In this document: positions 50,850 through 61,064 of the stretch, in pieces
How positions within the stretch are numbered: position 1 is the first letter of the stretch
How the letters are laid out: the number at the start of each line of letters is the position of its first letter
Assembly (NCBI GenBank): GCA_016193365.1
Contig: JACPSI010000042.1
Location: 25,126-89,125 of the forward strand
Direction of reading: 5' to 3'
DNA from: Ignavibacteriales bacterium
GTDB taxonomy: Bacteria > Bacteroidota > Ignavibacteria > UBA10030
DNA: 64,000 bases
Position numbers and translations under genes: made by a program
Notes under the pieces: generated by a model
Told to the model about the DNA's origin: nothing
Database searches by the model: none
The model's input: only the letters and a program-made list of their open reading frames with translations

Positions 50850-50954
50850 GACAGCCTCTTCCTGAATCCACATGAGGGTGAGGTCTGAATTACCGTAGCC
50901 CTTAGCTTCTCCAACACGCCAGCCATTGGTAGAGCGATTTGAAAAAAGAAGATA

Positions 50955-52271
50955 ATGGAAACTGAACAACGAAAAAAAGTAGGCCTCATCACAGCCACCT
51001 CACTCGTCGTGGGGAACATGATTGGCTCCGGGCTCTTCATGCTTCCCGCTGCGTTGGCAGCATACGGAGGCATCAGTTTGGTGGGATGGGTTGTTTCCGG
51101 TCTCGGAGCGATGTCGCTTGCAATTGTCTATGGCTGGCTTGCAAAGCTCCATCCAAAAACCACCGGCGGGCCGTACGCATACACCTACATCGGGATGGGC
51201 GACTTTGCGGCTTTTCTCGTTGCGTGGGGATACTGGATTTCTGTGTGGTGCGCGAATGCCGCGATCACCGTTGCGTTTGTCAGCTACTTGAGCGCATTCG
51301 TTCCTGCTCTTGCCACCGACCCGTCGTTTGCAATTGGGACCGGCCTCGCTGCAATTTGGCTTCTCACGTGGGTCAACACGCTGGGAATCCGCGAAGCGGG
51401 CGCTGTTCAAGTTCTCACAACGATACTCAAACTTGTTCCACTTCTGCTCATCGCCGTTGCGGGCCTTTTCTATATTCGCTTTGAGCATTTTACACCGTTT
51501 AACCTGAGCACCGAATCCTCCCTCGGTGCCGTCACCAGCACAACAACGCTGACGCTGTTTGCGTATCTCGGACTTGAGTGCGCGACGATTCCGTCGGAAA
51601 ACATCGCGAACGCGCAAAAAACTGTCGCGAGAGCAACTCTTCTTGGTACTTATCTTACAACGGCGGTTTATATCCTGAGCACGATTGCGGTCATGGGACT
51701 GATTCCGCCGGATCTGCTGCGTACTTCGCAAGCACCCTTCGCTGATGCCGCCGCGTCGATCTGGGGAGAACCGGCAAGATACCTGGTTGCCGCAGCAGCT
51801 GTCATTGCAACTTTTGGAGCGCTCAACGGTTGGATTCTTGTACAGGGGCAGGTCCCTTTTGCGGCCGCCCGCGACAGGCTGTTCCCGGCTGTGTTCAGCA
51901 AAGAAAACAAAAAAGGCGTTCCCGGCATCGGGATCGTCATTTCCAGCGTACTGGTCTCCCTCCTTATGGGCATGAACTTCACCAATACTCTTGCCGACAC
52001 ATACAAGTACATGATCTTGCTGTCGACACTCACCGTGCTCGTACCTTATGTTCTTTCGATGGCCTCTTATGCCATCATCATTACAAAGGACAAAGCGCCG
52101 AACAGAAGCGTGTGGCCAAGGCTCTTCGTTGCTTTTCTTGGTTTTCTTTTTTCCCTCTGGGCAATCGTCGGGTCGGGCCGGGAAATTGTCTATTGGGGTT
52201 TCATCATGCTCATTGCAGGTATCCCTTTTTATGTCGTCATGAAATTCAAAAAAGAAAAAAATTCTTTGTGA
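50955..52271 (+). CDS. APC-superfamily amino acid permease (basic amino acid/polyamine antiporter-like)
   Basis: 438 aa, 12 TM. N-terminal GLITATSLVVGNMIGSGLFMLPA consensus of APC transporters. Confidence 0.85.
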   Translation: METEQRKKVGLITATSLVVGNMIGSGLFMLPAALAAYGGISLVGWVVSGLGAMSLAIVYGWLAKLHPKTTGGPYAYTYIGMGDFAAFLVAWGYWISVWCANAAITVAFVSYLSAFVPALATDPSFAIGTGLAAIWLLTWVNTLGIREAGAVQVLTTILKLVPLLLIAVAGLFYIRFEHFTPFNLSTESSLGAVTSTTTLTLFAYLGLECATIPSENIANAQKTVARATLLGTYLTTAVYILSTIAVMGLIPPDLLRTSQAPFADAAASIWGEPARYLVAAAAVIATFGALNGWILVQGQVPFAAARDRLFPAVFSKENKKGVPGIGIVISSVLVSLLMGMNFTNTLADTYKYMILLSTLTVLVPYVLSMASYAIIITKDKAPNRSVWPRLFVAFLGFLFSLWAIVGSGREIVYWGFIMLIAGIPFYVVMKFKKEKNSL

Positions 52272-53152
52272 AAACGACCTGCCATTCCGAATTTGGCAAA
52301 ATCAAAACGGTCGTTATCAAAAGAGCGACGAACGCATTTGTCAGTGAACGACTTCTTGAGGCTCAGTGGCGCGACCTTCATTTTCTGGAAAAACCTGATT
52401 TGGCTCAATCAGCAAAGGAATTCGACAGCTTCGAAACGATCCTGAAGACAAACGAAGCAACATTACTTTATCTCCCGCGTGACGAGAGTGTGACCATCGA
52501 TTCCATTTATTGCCGCGATGCTGTCATCACCACCGACCATGGAATGATCCTTTGCAATATGGGAAAGGCCTCCAGAATTCATGAGCCGGAAGCTTTGCAA
52601 CGGTTCCTTGAAGAACATCAATTTGAAGTGTTGGGACGCATTCAGGCTCCGGGAACCCTCGAGGGGGGAGATTGTGCCTGGATTAATGAGAACACGCTGG
52701 CGGTCGGTTTATCATCAAGAACAAATGCAGAGGGGATAAGACAATTGAAACGAATGCTGACTCCGTTTAATATTGATGTTCTTCTCGTTTCCCTGCCGCA
52801 TTACAAAGGCCTGCAGGATGTGTTTCACCTCATGTCGGTGTTCAGCCCGGTCGACACCGACCTTGCCGTTGTCTACCCGCCATTGATGCCCTTGGATTTT
52901 CGCAACGAGTTGCTTCGGAGGGATTTTCGGCTTATCGAAGTGCCTGAACGCGAGTTCGAATCCATGGGATGCAATGTTCTGGCAATCGCGCCGCGCAGAT
53001 GCGTAATGATCAATGAAAATCCGGCAACAAAAGCAGCGCTTGAGAAGGCAGGGTGTGAAGTGTTTGAATACGCAGGCCGTGAAATAAGCCTCAAAGGTGG
53101 CGGCGGGCCGACATGCCTGACGAGACCCATTGACAGATACGTGCATGAGTAG
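52268..53152 (+). CDS. Amidinotransferase-superfamily hydrolase (dimethylarginine dimethylaminohydrolase / arginine-deiminase / citrulline-hydrolase-like)
   Basis: About 294 aa. C-terminal nucleophile context GGGGPTCLTRPI is typical of the guanidino-group-modifying fold. The likely start is GTG at 52268, overlapping the permease stop (gtgA/tGA). The ORF-track N-terminal extension from 51830 overlaps the permease out of frame. Confidence 0.68.
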   Translation: MKTTCHSEFGKIKTVVIKRATNAFVSERLLEAQWRDLHFLEKPDLAQSAKEFDSFETILKTNEATLLYLPRDESVTIDSIYCRDAVITTDHGMILCNMGKASRIHEPEALQRFLEEHQFEVLGRIQAPGTLEGGDCAWINENTLAVGLSSRTNAEGIRQLKRMLTPFNIDVLLVSLPHYKGLQDVFHLMSVFSPVDTDLAVVYPPLMPLDFRNELLRRDFRLIEVPEREFESMGCNVLAIAPRRCVMINENPATKAALEKAGCEVFEYAGREISLKGGGGPTCLTRPIDRYVHE

Positions 53153-53200
53153 AAATAAACAAGAAAAGTAACGATATTAAGCAAAACCATCGGAGGAATC

Positions 53201-54055
53201 ATGAGAGCAATTTGGAAAGGCTATATTCGTTTTTCACTCGTCACCATCCCTGTGCGCGTGTACAACGCCGTCGACACGGAGCAGAAGATCAGCTTCAACC
53301 AGCTCCATAAAGAAGACAACGGCCCGATCGGGTACGAGAAGAAATGCAAAAAGTGCGGAAAGGCGGTACCCAACGAAGAGATCGTAAAGGGATACCAGTA
53401 CGAACCGGACCAGTATGCCATCGTTGAAAAAGATGACCTCGAAAAAGTGAAACTGAAAAGCACAAAAGTCATCGAAATCGAGGGCTTTGTAAACGCAAAG
53501 GAAGTCAGTCCGATGCTGTATGAATCTCCTTACTTCGCCGGCCCGGATGGAGCTGTCGCGGGAAAGGCGTTTGGCTTGTTGAGTCAGACGTTGAAGGATT
53601 CCGGAAAACTCGGCATAGGAAAAGTCGTTTTGCGCGATCGCGAAGATGTTGTCCTCATAGCTCCGATGGAAGGCGGGATCGTTCTCTACAAGCTGCGTTA
53701 TCCAAGCGAAGTTCGCAATATGAAGGAAGTGCCTCAACTTGACGGACAGGTTGTTGATAAGAATCAGCTGAAACTTGCACGGAGTCTTGTCGATTCGATG
53801 GCGACAACGATGAAAAAGCTGGACATGAAGGACAAATACCATGATGCTCTCAAAGAAATGATCGAAGCCAAGATCGAAGGCAAGGAAGTCGTGACCGTCG
53901 AGGAGGAAGTGAAGCCGGTTGTCGATATCATGTCCGCTCTGAAGCAAAGCATCGACCAGGCAAAATCACACCGCAAGCCGATGGAAAAAGCGAAAGGCAC
54001 GAAGAAAAAAGAAGCGATGAAACCCACAAAGGTGCGAAAGGCAAAAGCGGTTTAA
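53201..54055 (+). CDS. ku: Ku protein (NHEJ DNA end-binding)
   Basis: 284 aa. MRAIWKGYIRFSLVTIPVRVYNAV Ku core start, with a lysine-rich basic C-terminal tail. Confidence 0.9.
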   Translation: MRAIWKGYIRFSLVTIPVRVYNAVDTEQKISFNQLHKEDNGPIGYEKKCKKCGKAVPNEEIVKGYQYEPDQYAIVEKDDLEKVKLKSTKVIEIEGFVNAKEVSPMLYESPYFAGPDGAVAGKAFGLLSQTLKDSGKLGIGKVVLRDREDVVLIAPMEGGIVLYKLRYPSEVRNMKEVPQLDGQVVDKNQLKLARSLVDSMATTMKKLDMKDKYHDALKEMIEAKIEGKEVVTVEEEVKPVVDIMSALKQSIDQAKSHRKPMEKAKGTKKKEAMKPTKVRKAKAV

Positions 54056-54077
54056 GGGACGAATACTCTTTTCAATC

Positions 54078-55304
54078 TTGTTTGCCCCCTTGTCCAGATT
54101 CCTCAGATTCTCGCTGGTTCTCGCCGTCGCGGCTTTCTGTGCGATTGCGCAGCAGTCGGACCTCAAGCCAACCGTCATCCTCATCTCCTTCGACGGTTTT
54201 CGACCGGACTACATTGACAGAACGTCTTCTCCGAATTTTCATCGTTTCGTTACCGAGGGAGTTCGCGCAAAAGCAATGTACTCGTGTTTCCCGTCCAAGA
54301 CTTTTCCTAATCACTACTCGATTGTCACCGGACTTTACCCTGAGCATCACGGTATTGTGTCCAACAATTTTTTTGACCCCGAACTCAATGAAACATACAA
54401 CGCGTTTCGTGACATTGCGAAGGAAACGCGCTGGTACGGAGGAGAGCCAATCTGGGTGACGGCAGAGTCGCAAGGACAGATCGCCGCATCTTTCTTTTGG
54501 GTCGGCTCAGAAGTTTCTATCAAAGGGCGGCAGCCTTCGCGATGGAAAAAATACGACCATAACTTTCCCAATGCTCAGCGTGTGGACACGGTACTCTCCT
54601 GGCTTGACCTTCCGGCTTCGATCCGGCCGTCTTGCATAACCCTGTATTTCGCTCTCCTCGACGACGCCGGACACCGTTCCGGCCCTGATTCACCCAACAC
54701 GATGTTTGTCGTTGAACAAGCGGATTCCGTTGTCGGCCGCTTGATTGCCGGGCTCGAGAATCGAAAGCTGCTTGACAAGGTAAACATCGTCATTGTTTCC
54801 GACCACGGGATGTCTCAGCTGAGTCCTGACCGCGTTGTGTACCTCGAGGATTACATCGACTCCACCGACTCACGCGTTGTGGATTGGTCCCCGGTTGCGG
54901 CGCTCATTCCGGCAAGCGGAAGGGAAGAAAAGGTCTATGACGCATTGAAGAATGCCCATCCAAATCTCAAGTTGTACCGGAAAAATGAGATTCCAGAACT
55001 ATGGCATTACCGTGACAATCCCCGGATCAGTCAGCTTCTCGCAGTAGCCGATGACGGCTGGACAATTGCACGAAGACGCAGTCAGAGGGGCGAGCGGAGG
55101 TTATCGGGTGGAAACCACGGCTACGATCCGCGTCTGCCTTCAATGCACGCGTTGTTTCTTGCCAGAGGGCCCGTTTTTAAACAAAGATTTGTCGCGGAGC
55201 CGTTCGAGAACATACACGTTTACAGCCTTCTCTGCAAGATTCTCTCACTTACAACGGCTCCCAACGACGGGGATCTGAGACACATTATGAATATCTTACG
55301 ATAG
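54078..55304 (+). CDS. Ectonucleotide pyrophosphatase/phosphodiesterase (alkaline-phosphatase superfamily)
   Basis: 408 aa. Signal peptide; ISFDGFRPDY, TFPNHYSIVTGLYPEHHGIV, and DDAGH, SDHGM metal-ligand motifs. Confidence 0.8.
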   Translation: MFAPLSRFLRFSLVLAVAAFCAIAQQSDLKPTVILISFDGFRPDYIDRTSSPNFHRFVTEGVRAKAMYSCFPSKTFPNHYSIVTGLYPEHHGIVSNNFFDPELNETYNAFRDIAKETRWYGGEPIWVTAESQGQIAASFFWVGSEVSIKGRQPSRWKKYDHNFPNAQRVDTVLSWLDLPASIRPSCITLYFALLDDAGHRSGPDSPNTMFVVEQADSVVGRLIAGLENRKLLDKVNIVIVSDHGMSQLSPDRVVYLEDYIDSTDSRVVDWSPVAALIPASGREEKVYDALKNAHPNLKLYRKNEIPELWHYRDNPRISQLLAVADDGWTIARRRSQRGERRLSGGNHGYDPRLPSMHALFLARGPVFKQRFVAEPFENIHVYSLLCKILSLTTAPNDGDLRHIMNILR

Positions 55305-55305
55305 A

Positions 55306-55917
55306 ATGGCAAAGATACTTCCTTTTACGCAACAGGTTTCTGCCAAGCTCGGATTCGAGCGCGTCAAGAAAAGAAAAAAACCTGAGAAGGATCAGCTCAA
55401 TCTTTTTTCGCCGGGGTCACGCCGCATTCTGAATTTGCCAAGCAATCTGAGTCCCTTCGAAGAAGCGCTTCTTTTAGATGAGCGCGGAGACCCGAAGGCT
55501 GCAGACGCGTACGGAAAGGCAATTGCGGAAGAGGATTCGGTTGCCGACGCGTACTGTAACCTCGGAATTCTGGAATCACAAGCCGGCAGGACAACAAAAG
55601 CGTTTGACAGCTTTACCAAAGCATTGAAGCATGACCCGCGACATTTTGAGTCGCATTACAACCTGGGGAATCTCTATCTGGAGGTTGGAGATTTCAGACT
55701 CTCTCGAACACATTATCAAATAGCCGCCGAAATCGAACCCGCGTTTCCTAATGTGTATTTCAATCTTGGCCTTGTCCACGCTATTAACGAGGATTTTGGA
55801 GCCGCGGTCGAGGCACTGGACAAGTTCAAAGAACTCGTACCCAAGGACGAAGGAAACAAAGCCGACGGCCTTCTGTTGAGCCTGAAGCAGTCGCTCGTGC
55901 ACAAAGGAAAAAACTAA
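55306..55917 (+). CDS. Tetratricopeptide-repeat protein
   Basis: 203 aa with 3-4 TPR units (AYCNLGILESQAG..., HYNLGNLYLEVGD..., VYFNLGLVHA...). Confidence 0.7.
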   Translation: MAKILPFTQQVSAKLGFERVKKRKKPEKDQLNLFSPGSRRILNLPSNLSPFEEALLLDERGDPKAADAYGKAIAEEDSVADAYCNLGILESQAGRTTKAFDSFTKALKHDPRHFESHYNLGNLYLEVGDFRLSRTHYQIAAEIEPAFPNVYFNLGLVHAINEDFGAAVEALDKFKELVPKDEGNKADGLLLSLKQSLVHKGKN

Positions 55918-56163
55918 CCGGTAAACCCGACAGGTCTCAATCGAATTTCCGAAGGGCCATCAAAGGAGTTGTCGGTGTAGGAATTGGTGAGCTTGATGGA
56001 AAACCTTGCGTGAAAGTGCTTGTGGATAGGCGTACACGCCGGTTAGTCAAGCAAATACCAAAATCCATCGACGGATATCTTGTCCTCATCGAAGAAACGG
56101 GTGAGTTCAAAACGCGTAAAAGAATTCTTCCCTATTAAGAAGCCCACGCAGTCCACAAAAAAA

Positions 56164-56190
56164 GGCGTCGCTGAGACGCCTTTTTTATTT
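56164..56190. terminator. Bidirectional rho-independent terminator
   Basis: aaaaaaa-ggcgtc-gctga-gacgcc-ttttttattt is a GC stem flanked by an A7 and a T6 run. It abuts the stop of the minus-strand 56199-58871 gene and lies downstream of the plus-strand TPR gene. Confidence 0.75.
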
Positions 56191-56198
56191 CAGCCCTT

Positions 56199-58871
56199 TC
56201 AGCGACCCAGCCAGTATGACAGTTTGACGAGGAAGATATTGTCCGATGGCTCGCGGAGAAGTTCACCCGAATCGCGGCCAAATTCGAAATCCGATACATA
56301 TCCCACATGACTTCGCAAATGTTGCCAAACGACGAAGATTGTCGACCCCGGAAGGTATTCCCATCGCAGGACAAGGTTAGCCCGCACTGAACGGAAATTG
56401 AAGTCATCCTGTCCGAAGTTGTTCCCAAAGAAGAACGCGTTCGCCGGTCCGCCTCCGTCGGGATCGACCGTATACACCCGTGTCGCTGCATCATAGGTCA
56501 CCGTACCCTTATCCCGGCCGTACGCCGCGAAGTCATACGTCCCCGGTTGCAAAAATTCTTTGAAGAAATAGAAATCGCGCGCCTGAATGAACGGCTGGAT
56601 GACAAACTGCAGCGAGAGGTCCGGCGTGAAAGCCCAGTTCACTCGCGTGTTGAGCGACAAATTAGTGAGCGTTACGTCGGCGAACACGTATCGACGCCCA
56701 TATGTCGCGGCCGCCAATGAATCTGCCACACTCATAATATATTGGTCGGTGTCGCGTTCAAAGCCGAGTTGCGGTGTGAACTGGATTTGGATTGCCGGCG
56801 TCGGACGGAGGTTCAAGTTAAACGACACATACTTGTCGTATTCTCCAGAATAGTCCTCCCGGTACGAAACGCTCATGCCAACGACGACTTTATCGCGGCT
56901 GTCCGATTGAACGCTGAAACCGGTTCCGTATTGACCGACCACGGTCATGAGCGGACCGCCGCGTGTAAGTTTGTCGCTGAGGACATCGGGCCCCCAATAC
57001 GCATAACCGCTGAAGTTCCAGAAGCTCAAGCTGTTTGCATACCCCCCCACATTGTAGATTTCAAACATCCGGTCGCCGCCAAACGTCCACGCGTGGTTAG
57101 AGTAGCCGTAGATGCCGTAGTTACGGAAAGCTTGCCCGGGAGTGCGATCCTGATACTCTGCATATGTTGAGAATGCGCGGCGGTCTGCGAGGCTTGCAAA
57201 ACCCATGTCGTTGAGCTCGAGACCCGGAGAGCGTTCCTGATACGTCAGCGAGCCAATCCAGTTGCCCCCTCCGACTTTCATGAGAGTCGCCTCGCCTGCA
57301 AAGCCGCTGAGAGATGTTCTGTTCGCGTCAACTCCCAGATAATCGGCGTCGGGGCGTTGATAGTATCGTGCAGACGACCTCTGCGTTCGTTCAATGACGG
57401 CCTTATCACCGGCAACGCGGGACCCGGCGACAAATCCTCCGAAGAGCCAGTTTCGTTCGCCCCACCGATGTTCAAAATCGATGCCGCCCGTCGTCGCCGA
57501 CGAATGGAGGAGAGAATTGAACGCGGGATCGCTGAGGTTGCGATTCACAGATGTGATCAGACCGCCGACAAACGATTGTCCGTCGAAATCTTTCTTCACT
57601 CTGGTGACAAGATAATTTGTCAGAGGCTCCACCTCGACTGTTTGCTCGAGTCCTGAGCCGTCGATGTAGCGCGCAGATTCGCGTTGCGTCACCGCATTGA
57701 GTACTCCGACCGACAACCCCGACGATGTTTTCCCGCTGAGTTTTGCCGCGCCGAGGATCGTTGTCTGGTCTGGCACATCGACGTACGCTGCGCCGATTCC
57801 GCGCTGAGGCTGGCGGCCAATCCTCCTCGAATAAAAGTACTGACCTCCTCCGTAGCTGTTGTAGTTTCGCGTTCGCCCGAATGAAAAAATCTCCGACCCT
57901 TCAACAAAAAACGGGCGACGTTCGGGAAAAAATATTTCAAATGCTGACAGGTTCACCACAGCCGGGTCGACCTCGACCTGGCCAAAATCCGGGTTGACGG
58001 TGCCGCTGAGCGTAAAATCCGAAGTGACACCGTATTTGAAATCTGCACCGGTGTTGCCGAAGAAATCATTGGCCCGATAATACGGACTACCCGCAACGCG
58101 CTCCGGGGAACGTTTCACACGCGAAACAACGTATGGCTGAATTTCGAACCTCGCCGGCGCGCTTAAGCCCCTGATTCCCGTCAACGTTCCAAACCGTCCC
58201 ACGTAACTTCCGACGTCACCGGGCACGGGGCTCCAGAAGGAAAACTCTCCGTTGCGTGCGATGCGCCGTTGAAAATTAACACCCCATGTAAGGTCGTCTG
58301 TCGACTCGCTAAACCGTAATTGTGAAAACGGAATCCGAAACTCCGCCGTCCATCCGATTTCGTCCCTTGAGACCGAGGACTCCCACACGGCATCCCAACT
58401 GACGTCTTCCTGCGTGTCATTCGAAATCAAGATGTCTTTTTTCACTCCGGCCGGGTTCACGGCAAAGGAAAATGCGGTGCGACGGTCGAAGTAACTGTCG
58501 ATTTGCACGTAGAACCAGTCGCTCAATACATCGCCGTCGCGGCGAAACAACTCGCCGACGATGGAGTCCGGATGGTCGTATATGCGGGCGGCGACATAGA
58601 GTGCATCGTTGTCATAGAGAACGCGCACATCTGTAGCCTGAGATGCCGGTGCCCCCTCGTTGGGCCTCATTTGGACAAAATTGTTCGCAGCTGAGGTGTT
58701 CTTCCAGGCTTCTTCGTCGATCATGCCGTCAATGGTTACCGCGGTTCCCTCCAATCGGGAAGCCTGGTGAGACTTCGCAGAGTTTAAAGAAACAGAGACT
58801 TCGCCATTTTGACCGAAGGCTTGAATCGAACAAATACCTAGAAACAACAGTACTTCCTGGGCTCTTTGCAC
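56199..58871 (-). CDS. DUF5916/CBM9-like domain secreted or outer-membrane protein
   Basis: 890 aa. Signal peptide, N-terminal CBM9-like region (TIDGMIDEEAWKNTSAANNFVQMRPNEGAPASQATDVRVLYDNDALYVA), and a long beta-rich remainder. Confidence 0.68.
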   Translation of the reverse strand: MQRAQEVLLFLGICSIQAFGQNGEVSVSLNSAKSHQASRLEGTAVTIDGMIDEEAWKNTSAANNFVQMRPNEGAPASQATDVRVLYDNDALYVAARIYDHPDSIVGELFRRDGDVLSDWFYVQIDSYFDRRTAFSFAVNPAGVKKDILISNDTQEDVSWDAVWESSVSRDEIGWTAEFRIPFSQLRFSESTDDLTWGVNFQRRIARNGEFSFWSPVPGDVGSYVGRFGTLTGIRGLSAPARFEIQPYVVSRVKRSPERVAGSPYYRANDFFGNTGADFKYGVTSDFTLSGTVNPDFGQVEVDPAVVNLSAFEIFFPERRPFFVEGSEIFSFGRTRNYNSYGGGQYFYSRRIGRQPQRGIGAAYVDVPDQTTILGAAKLSGKTSSGLSVGVLNAVTQRESARYIDGSGLEQTVEVEPLTNYLVTRVKKDFDGQSFVGGLITSVNRNLSDPAFNSLLHSSATTGGIDFEHRWGERNWLFGGFVAGSRVAGDKAVIERTQRSSARYYQRPDADYLGVDANRTSLSGFAGEATLMKVGGGNWIGSLTYQERSPGLELNDMGFASLADRRAFSTYAEYQDRTPGQAFRNYGIYGYSNHAWTFGGDRMFEIYNVGGYANSLSFWNFSGYAYWGPDVLSDKLTRGGPLMTVVGQYGTGFSVQSDSRDKVVVGMSVSYREDYSGEYDKYVSFNLNLRPTPAIQIQFTPQLGFERDTDQYIMSVADSLAAATYGRRYVFADVTLTNLSLNTRVNWAFTPDLSLQFVIQPFIQARDFYFFKEFLQPGTYDFAAYGRDKGTVTYDAATRVYTVDPDGGGPANAFFFGNNFGQDDFNFRSVRANLVLRWEYLPGSTIFVVWQHLRSHVGYVSDFEFGRDSGELLREPSDNIFLVKLSYWLGR

Positions 58872-58966
58872 GAGAGTCTCCTTGTAGTTACTGGTAGGTT
58901 TGGCGTATATACTATAGACTACGCTTGACCCATTTTGGTTGTCAAACCGGAGAGGAAATCGAATGG

Positions 58967-60016
58967 CTAGTGTTTCTTGTGGTGGGGACTGATTTCGTAG
59001 TGTCTTTTTAAATAGTCAATGCCAAAATCGTTTTTGAAATCCCTCCAGACCGTATGAACATGGTTGGCATCATCCTGTGTGTTGTCGTACTCAAGGACAA
59101 ACCTCGGTCCATGAATCCTGTAATAATTGCCTTCTCCCTCCGTTGTTCCCCCCGCCCATGCAAAATGGATTTTTTCTATCCCGTCTTTGCCGATGGCCGC
59201 AAGGTATTCATCTGCGATCTCCGTTCGGAAGTTGTTGATGTACTCCTCGACCAAACGCATGAGAAGTGCCCGCTGGTCGTGACTCATGTCTGAGGCGGCG
59301 ATGCCACTCGGCTTTCCTATATCTGCTTCCCGGTCTGACCCTGTGATAATATCCGAAGGCGCACGTGCTGAAATAATCGCCTTTGCCCGCTGACGATCGT
59401 CCAGGCTCAACACAAGTTCCTTCGCAAGATCTTCTTCGAACTTGAGGACTCTCAGTCCTTTATGAGGGCCGCCCCTCACGTTAGCCGGGTTGGCCCCAAA
59501 GAACGTCGGCGTTGTTGCGACAAGTTTATTCGTCACTGATGAATAGTTGACCGACAAATGGTGTCCTTCGATTCGCCAACCCCATGGCTGAATCCTTGAT
59601 GGCGCTCCAAAGATCGTAAGATAATAGAGATCGGGGTCGCGATGCCGACCCTCAATTTCGCGCAGAACGCTTTCCAGTACGATCACCGCCGTCGCCTTGG
59701 AATATCCTCTTTCGCTGAGAGTACTTTTGAGCAACGCGTGGGCGGCACGCCTTTGGCGGTCGTTCATTTCCTTGAGACTGACTCCCTTTCGCCTGCGCGG
59801 TATGAAATGCCAATTCAAACGTTCGTCATCCTCAAAAGCAATACGCGCTCTCGTTCCTAGTTCTGAATCGAGTTCATTCACGAATTGAATTGCCGCTTCG
59901 ACAACTTCAACCGTGGACCCCTCGCCTTTCTGCTGCCCGTTGGATTCGGCGAGAAATAAATATGCCGCCACAATAAGTCCCCTGTAAAAGTTACTCATAC
60001 AAATTTGGCCTTCCAT
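58967..60016 (-). CDS. DUF3500 domain protein
   Basis: 349 aa. Signal peptide, and DUF3500-like conserved blocks (WHFIPRRRKGVSLKEM..., GWRIEGHHLSVNY). Confidence 0.7.
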   Translation of the reverse strand: MEGQICMSNFYRGLIVAAYLFLAESNGQQKGEGSTVEVVEAAIQFVNELDSELGTRARIAFEDDERLNWHFIPRRRKGVSLKEMNDRQRRAAHALLKSTLSERGYSKATAVIVLESVLREIEGRHRDPDLYYLTIFGAPSRIQPWGWRIEGHHLSVNYSSVTNKLVATTPTFFGANPANVRGGPHKGLRVLKFEEDLAKELVLSLDDRQRAKAIISARAPSDIITGSDREADIGKPSGIAASDMSHDQRALLMRLVEEYINNFRTEIADEYLAAIGKDGIEKIHFAWAGGTTEGEGNYYRIHGPRFVLEYDNTQDDANHVHTVWRDFKNDFGIDYLKRHYEISPHHKKH

Positions 60017-60133
60017 CTGGCACAGGAAGTGATGGAATCATATGAGAATGTTCGATGGTTCGATGTTTTTTCGCAAATTTTGCACAGGAAAGCATATTTC
60101 TTAAATATTGAATTACTAAAAAAGGAAATTCTC

Positions 60134-60475
60134 ATGGACAAATTGAAGAAAATACAATCCAGTTCTCTAAAAAAGGATATCGATTGGGCTGTAGAGCTTC
60201 TTCTCGATGCTCAGTCAAGGGGATTCATGAAACTCCTTATGAAACGGCTGGAGAAAGAACCCCGCTACATTTTCTTCCACAAAATGAGTCTTGGTTTGGA
60301 AGTATCCTTCTGGCTTTCGCAATTGGGGTTTACGTGGTCAAACCGCAATGAAGAGGTCGAATTGAGCATCGAAGCGTTGGTGAGAGTGCTTTCCCAACTC
60401 ATTAACGAAAAAGAACAGAGAAGGACAGCATTCGCATCCGCCCGCGGCCACCTTCTTGATAAGTTCCATTCCTGA
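60134..60475 (+). CDS. Hypothetical protein (113 aa from the internal ATG; the ORF runs from 60005)
   Basis: An ORF on the opposite strand between the DUF3500 and DUF3124 genes, with no recognisable domain. The coding call is weak. Confidence 0.3.
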   Translation: MDKLKKIQSSSLKKDIDWAVELLLDAQSRGFMKLLMKRLEKEPRYIFFHKMSLGLEVSFWLSQLGFTWSNRNEEVELSIEALVRVLSQLINEKEQRRTAFASARGHLLDKFHS

Positions 60476-60486
60476 GTGTGTGACTG

Positions 60487-60864
60487 TCATTTCGCACTCT
60501 CCTGGATCACCTTTCCTGAACTTATGAACGATATCCCCTGGCCGGAGATCGTCCCAATCATCAGACATTCAACGATGGGAGCGTTGATTTCTTTTGCGGA
60601 GTTCCAGCGCACAATGAAATTCGACCCAACGCCACCCTCTGCCTTGCTTCTCGGGATGAAGATGTGCGTTGTTTCGAGAGGTTTGAGAACAACTTCTTTC
60701 TCCAAATACTTTTTTAAAAGCTTTCCCTCCGTGTCATAGAAATCTGCCAACGTCACAGTCAGGGAATTCGCGGGATCTGTATTGCGAATAATGAGCGTGG
60801 CTTCCAGGGGAAAAGCAATGGCCTTAGGAGCTGTGAAGATGTTTGAATACACCGAAACGTACAC
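60487..60864 (-). CDS. DUF3124 domain protein
   Basis: 125 aa with a GTG start. Beta-rich, with DUF3124-like TVYVSVYSNIF...LEATLIIRNTD...ETTHIFIP blocks. Confidence 0.55.
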   Translation of the reverse strand: MYVSVYSNIFTAPKAIAFPLEATLIIRNTDPANSLTVTLADFYDTEGKLLKKYLEKEVVLKPLETTHIFIPRSKAEGGVGSNFIVRWNSAKEINAPIVECLMIGTISGQGISFISSGKVIQESAK

Positions 60865-61064
60865 GGTTTGCCCTTGGGATAAGCTCAGGTCGCCGAAACT
60901 CAGGCCCTCAACAGGAAAAAATGCAAGACAGAAAAAGCAAGAACAACCCTCCGCGTGAAAGTTTATTATATGGCATGTTTGTCATGATGACTCGCCCTCC
61001 ATTTGATCTTCGAGAATTGTTAGAATGGCCTCTTAGGTTGCCGATTGAGTACCGCCGCTCCTGT

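Noticed and set aside
51830-52267. N-terminal extension of the amidinotransferase-like ORF back to 51830
   Set aside because: It overlaps the permease out of frame for 440 nt. A GTG at 52268 overlapping the permease stop gives a protein of the expected 290-aa size.
53234-53947. 237-aa minus-strand ORF
   Set aside because: It is antisense to ku.
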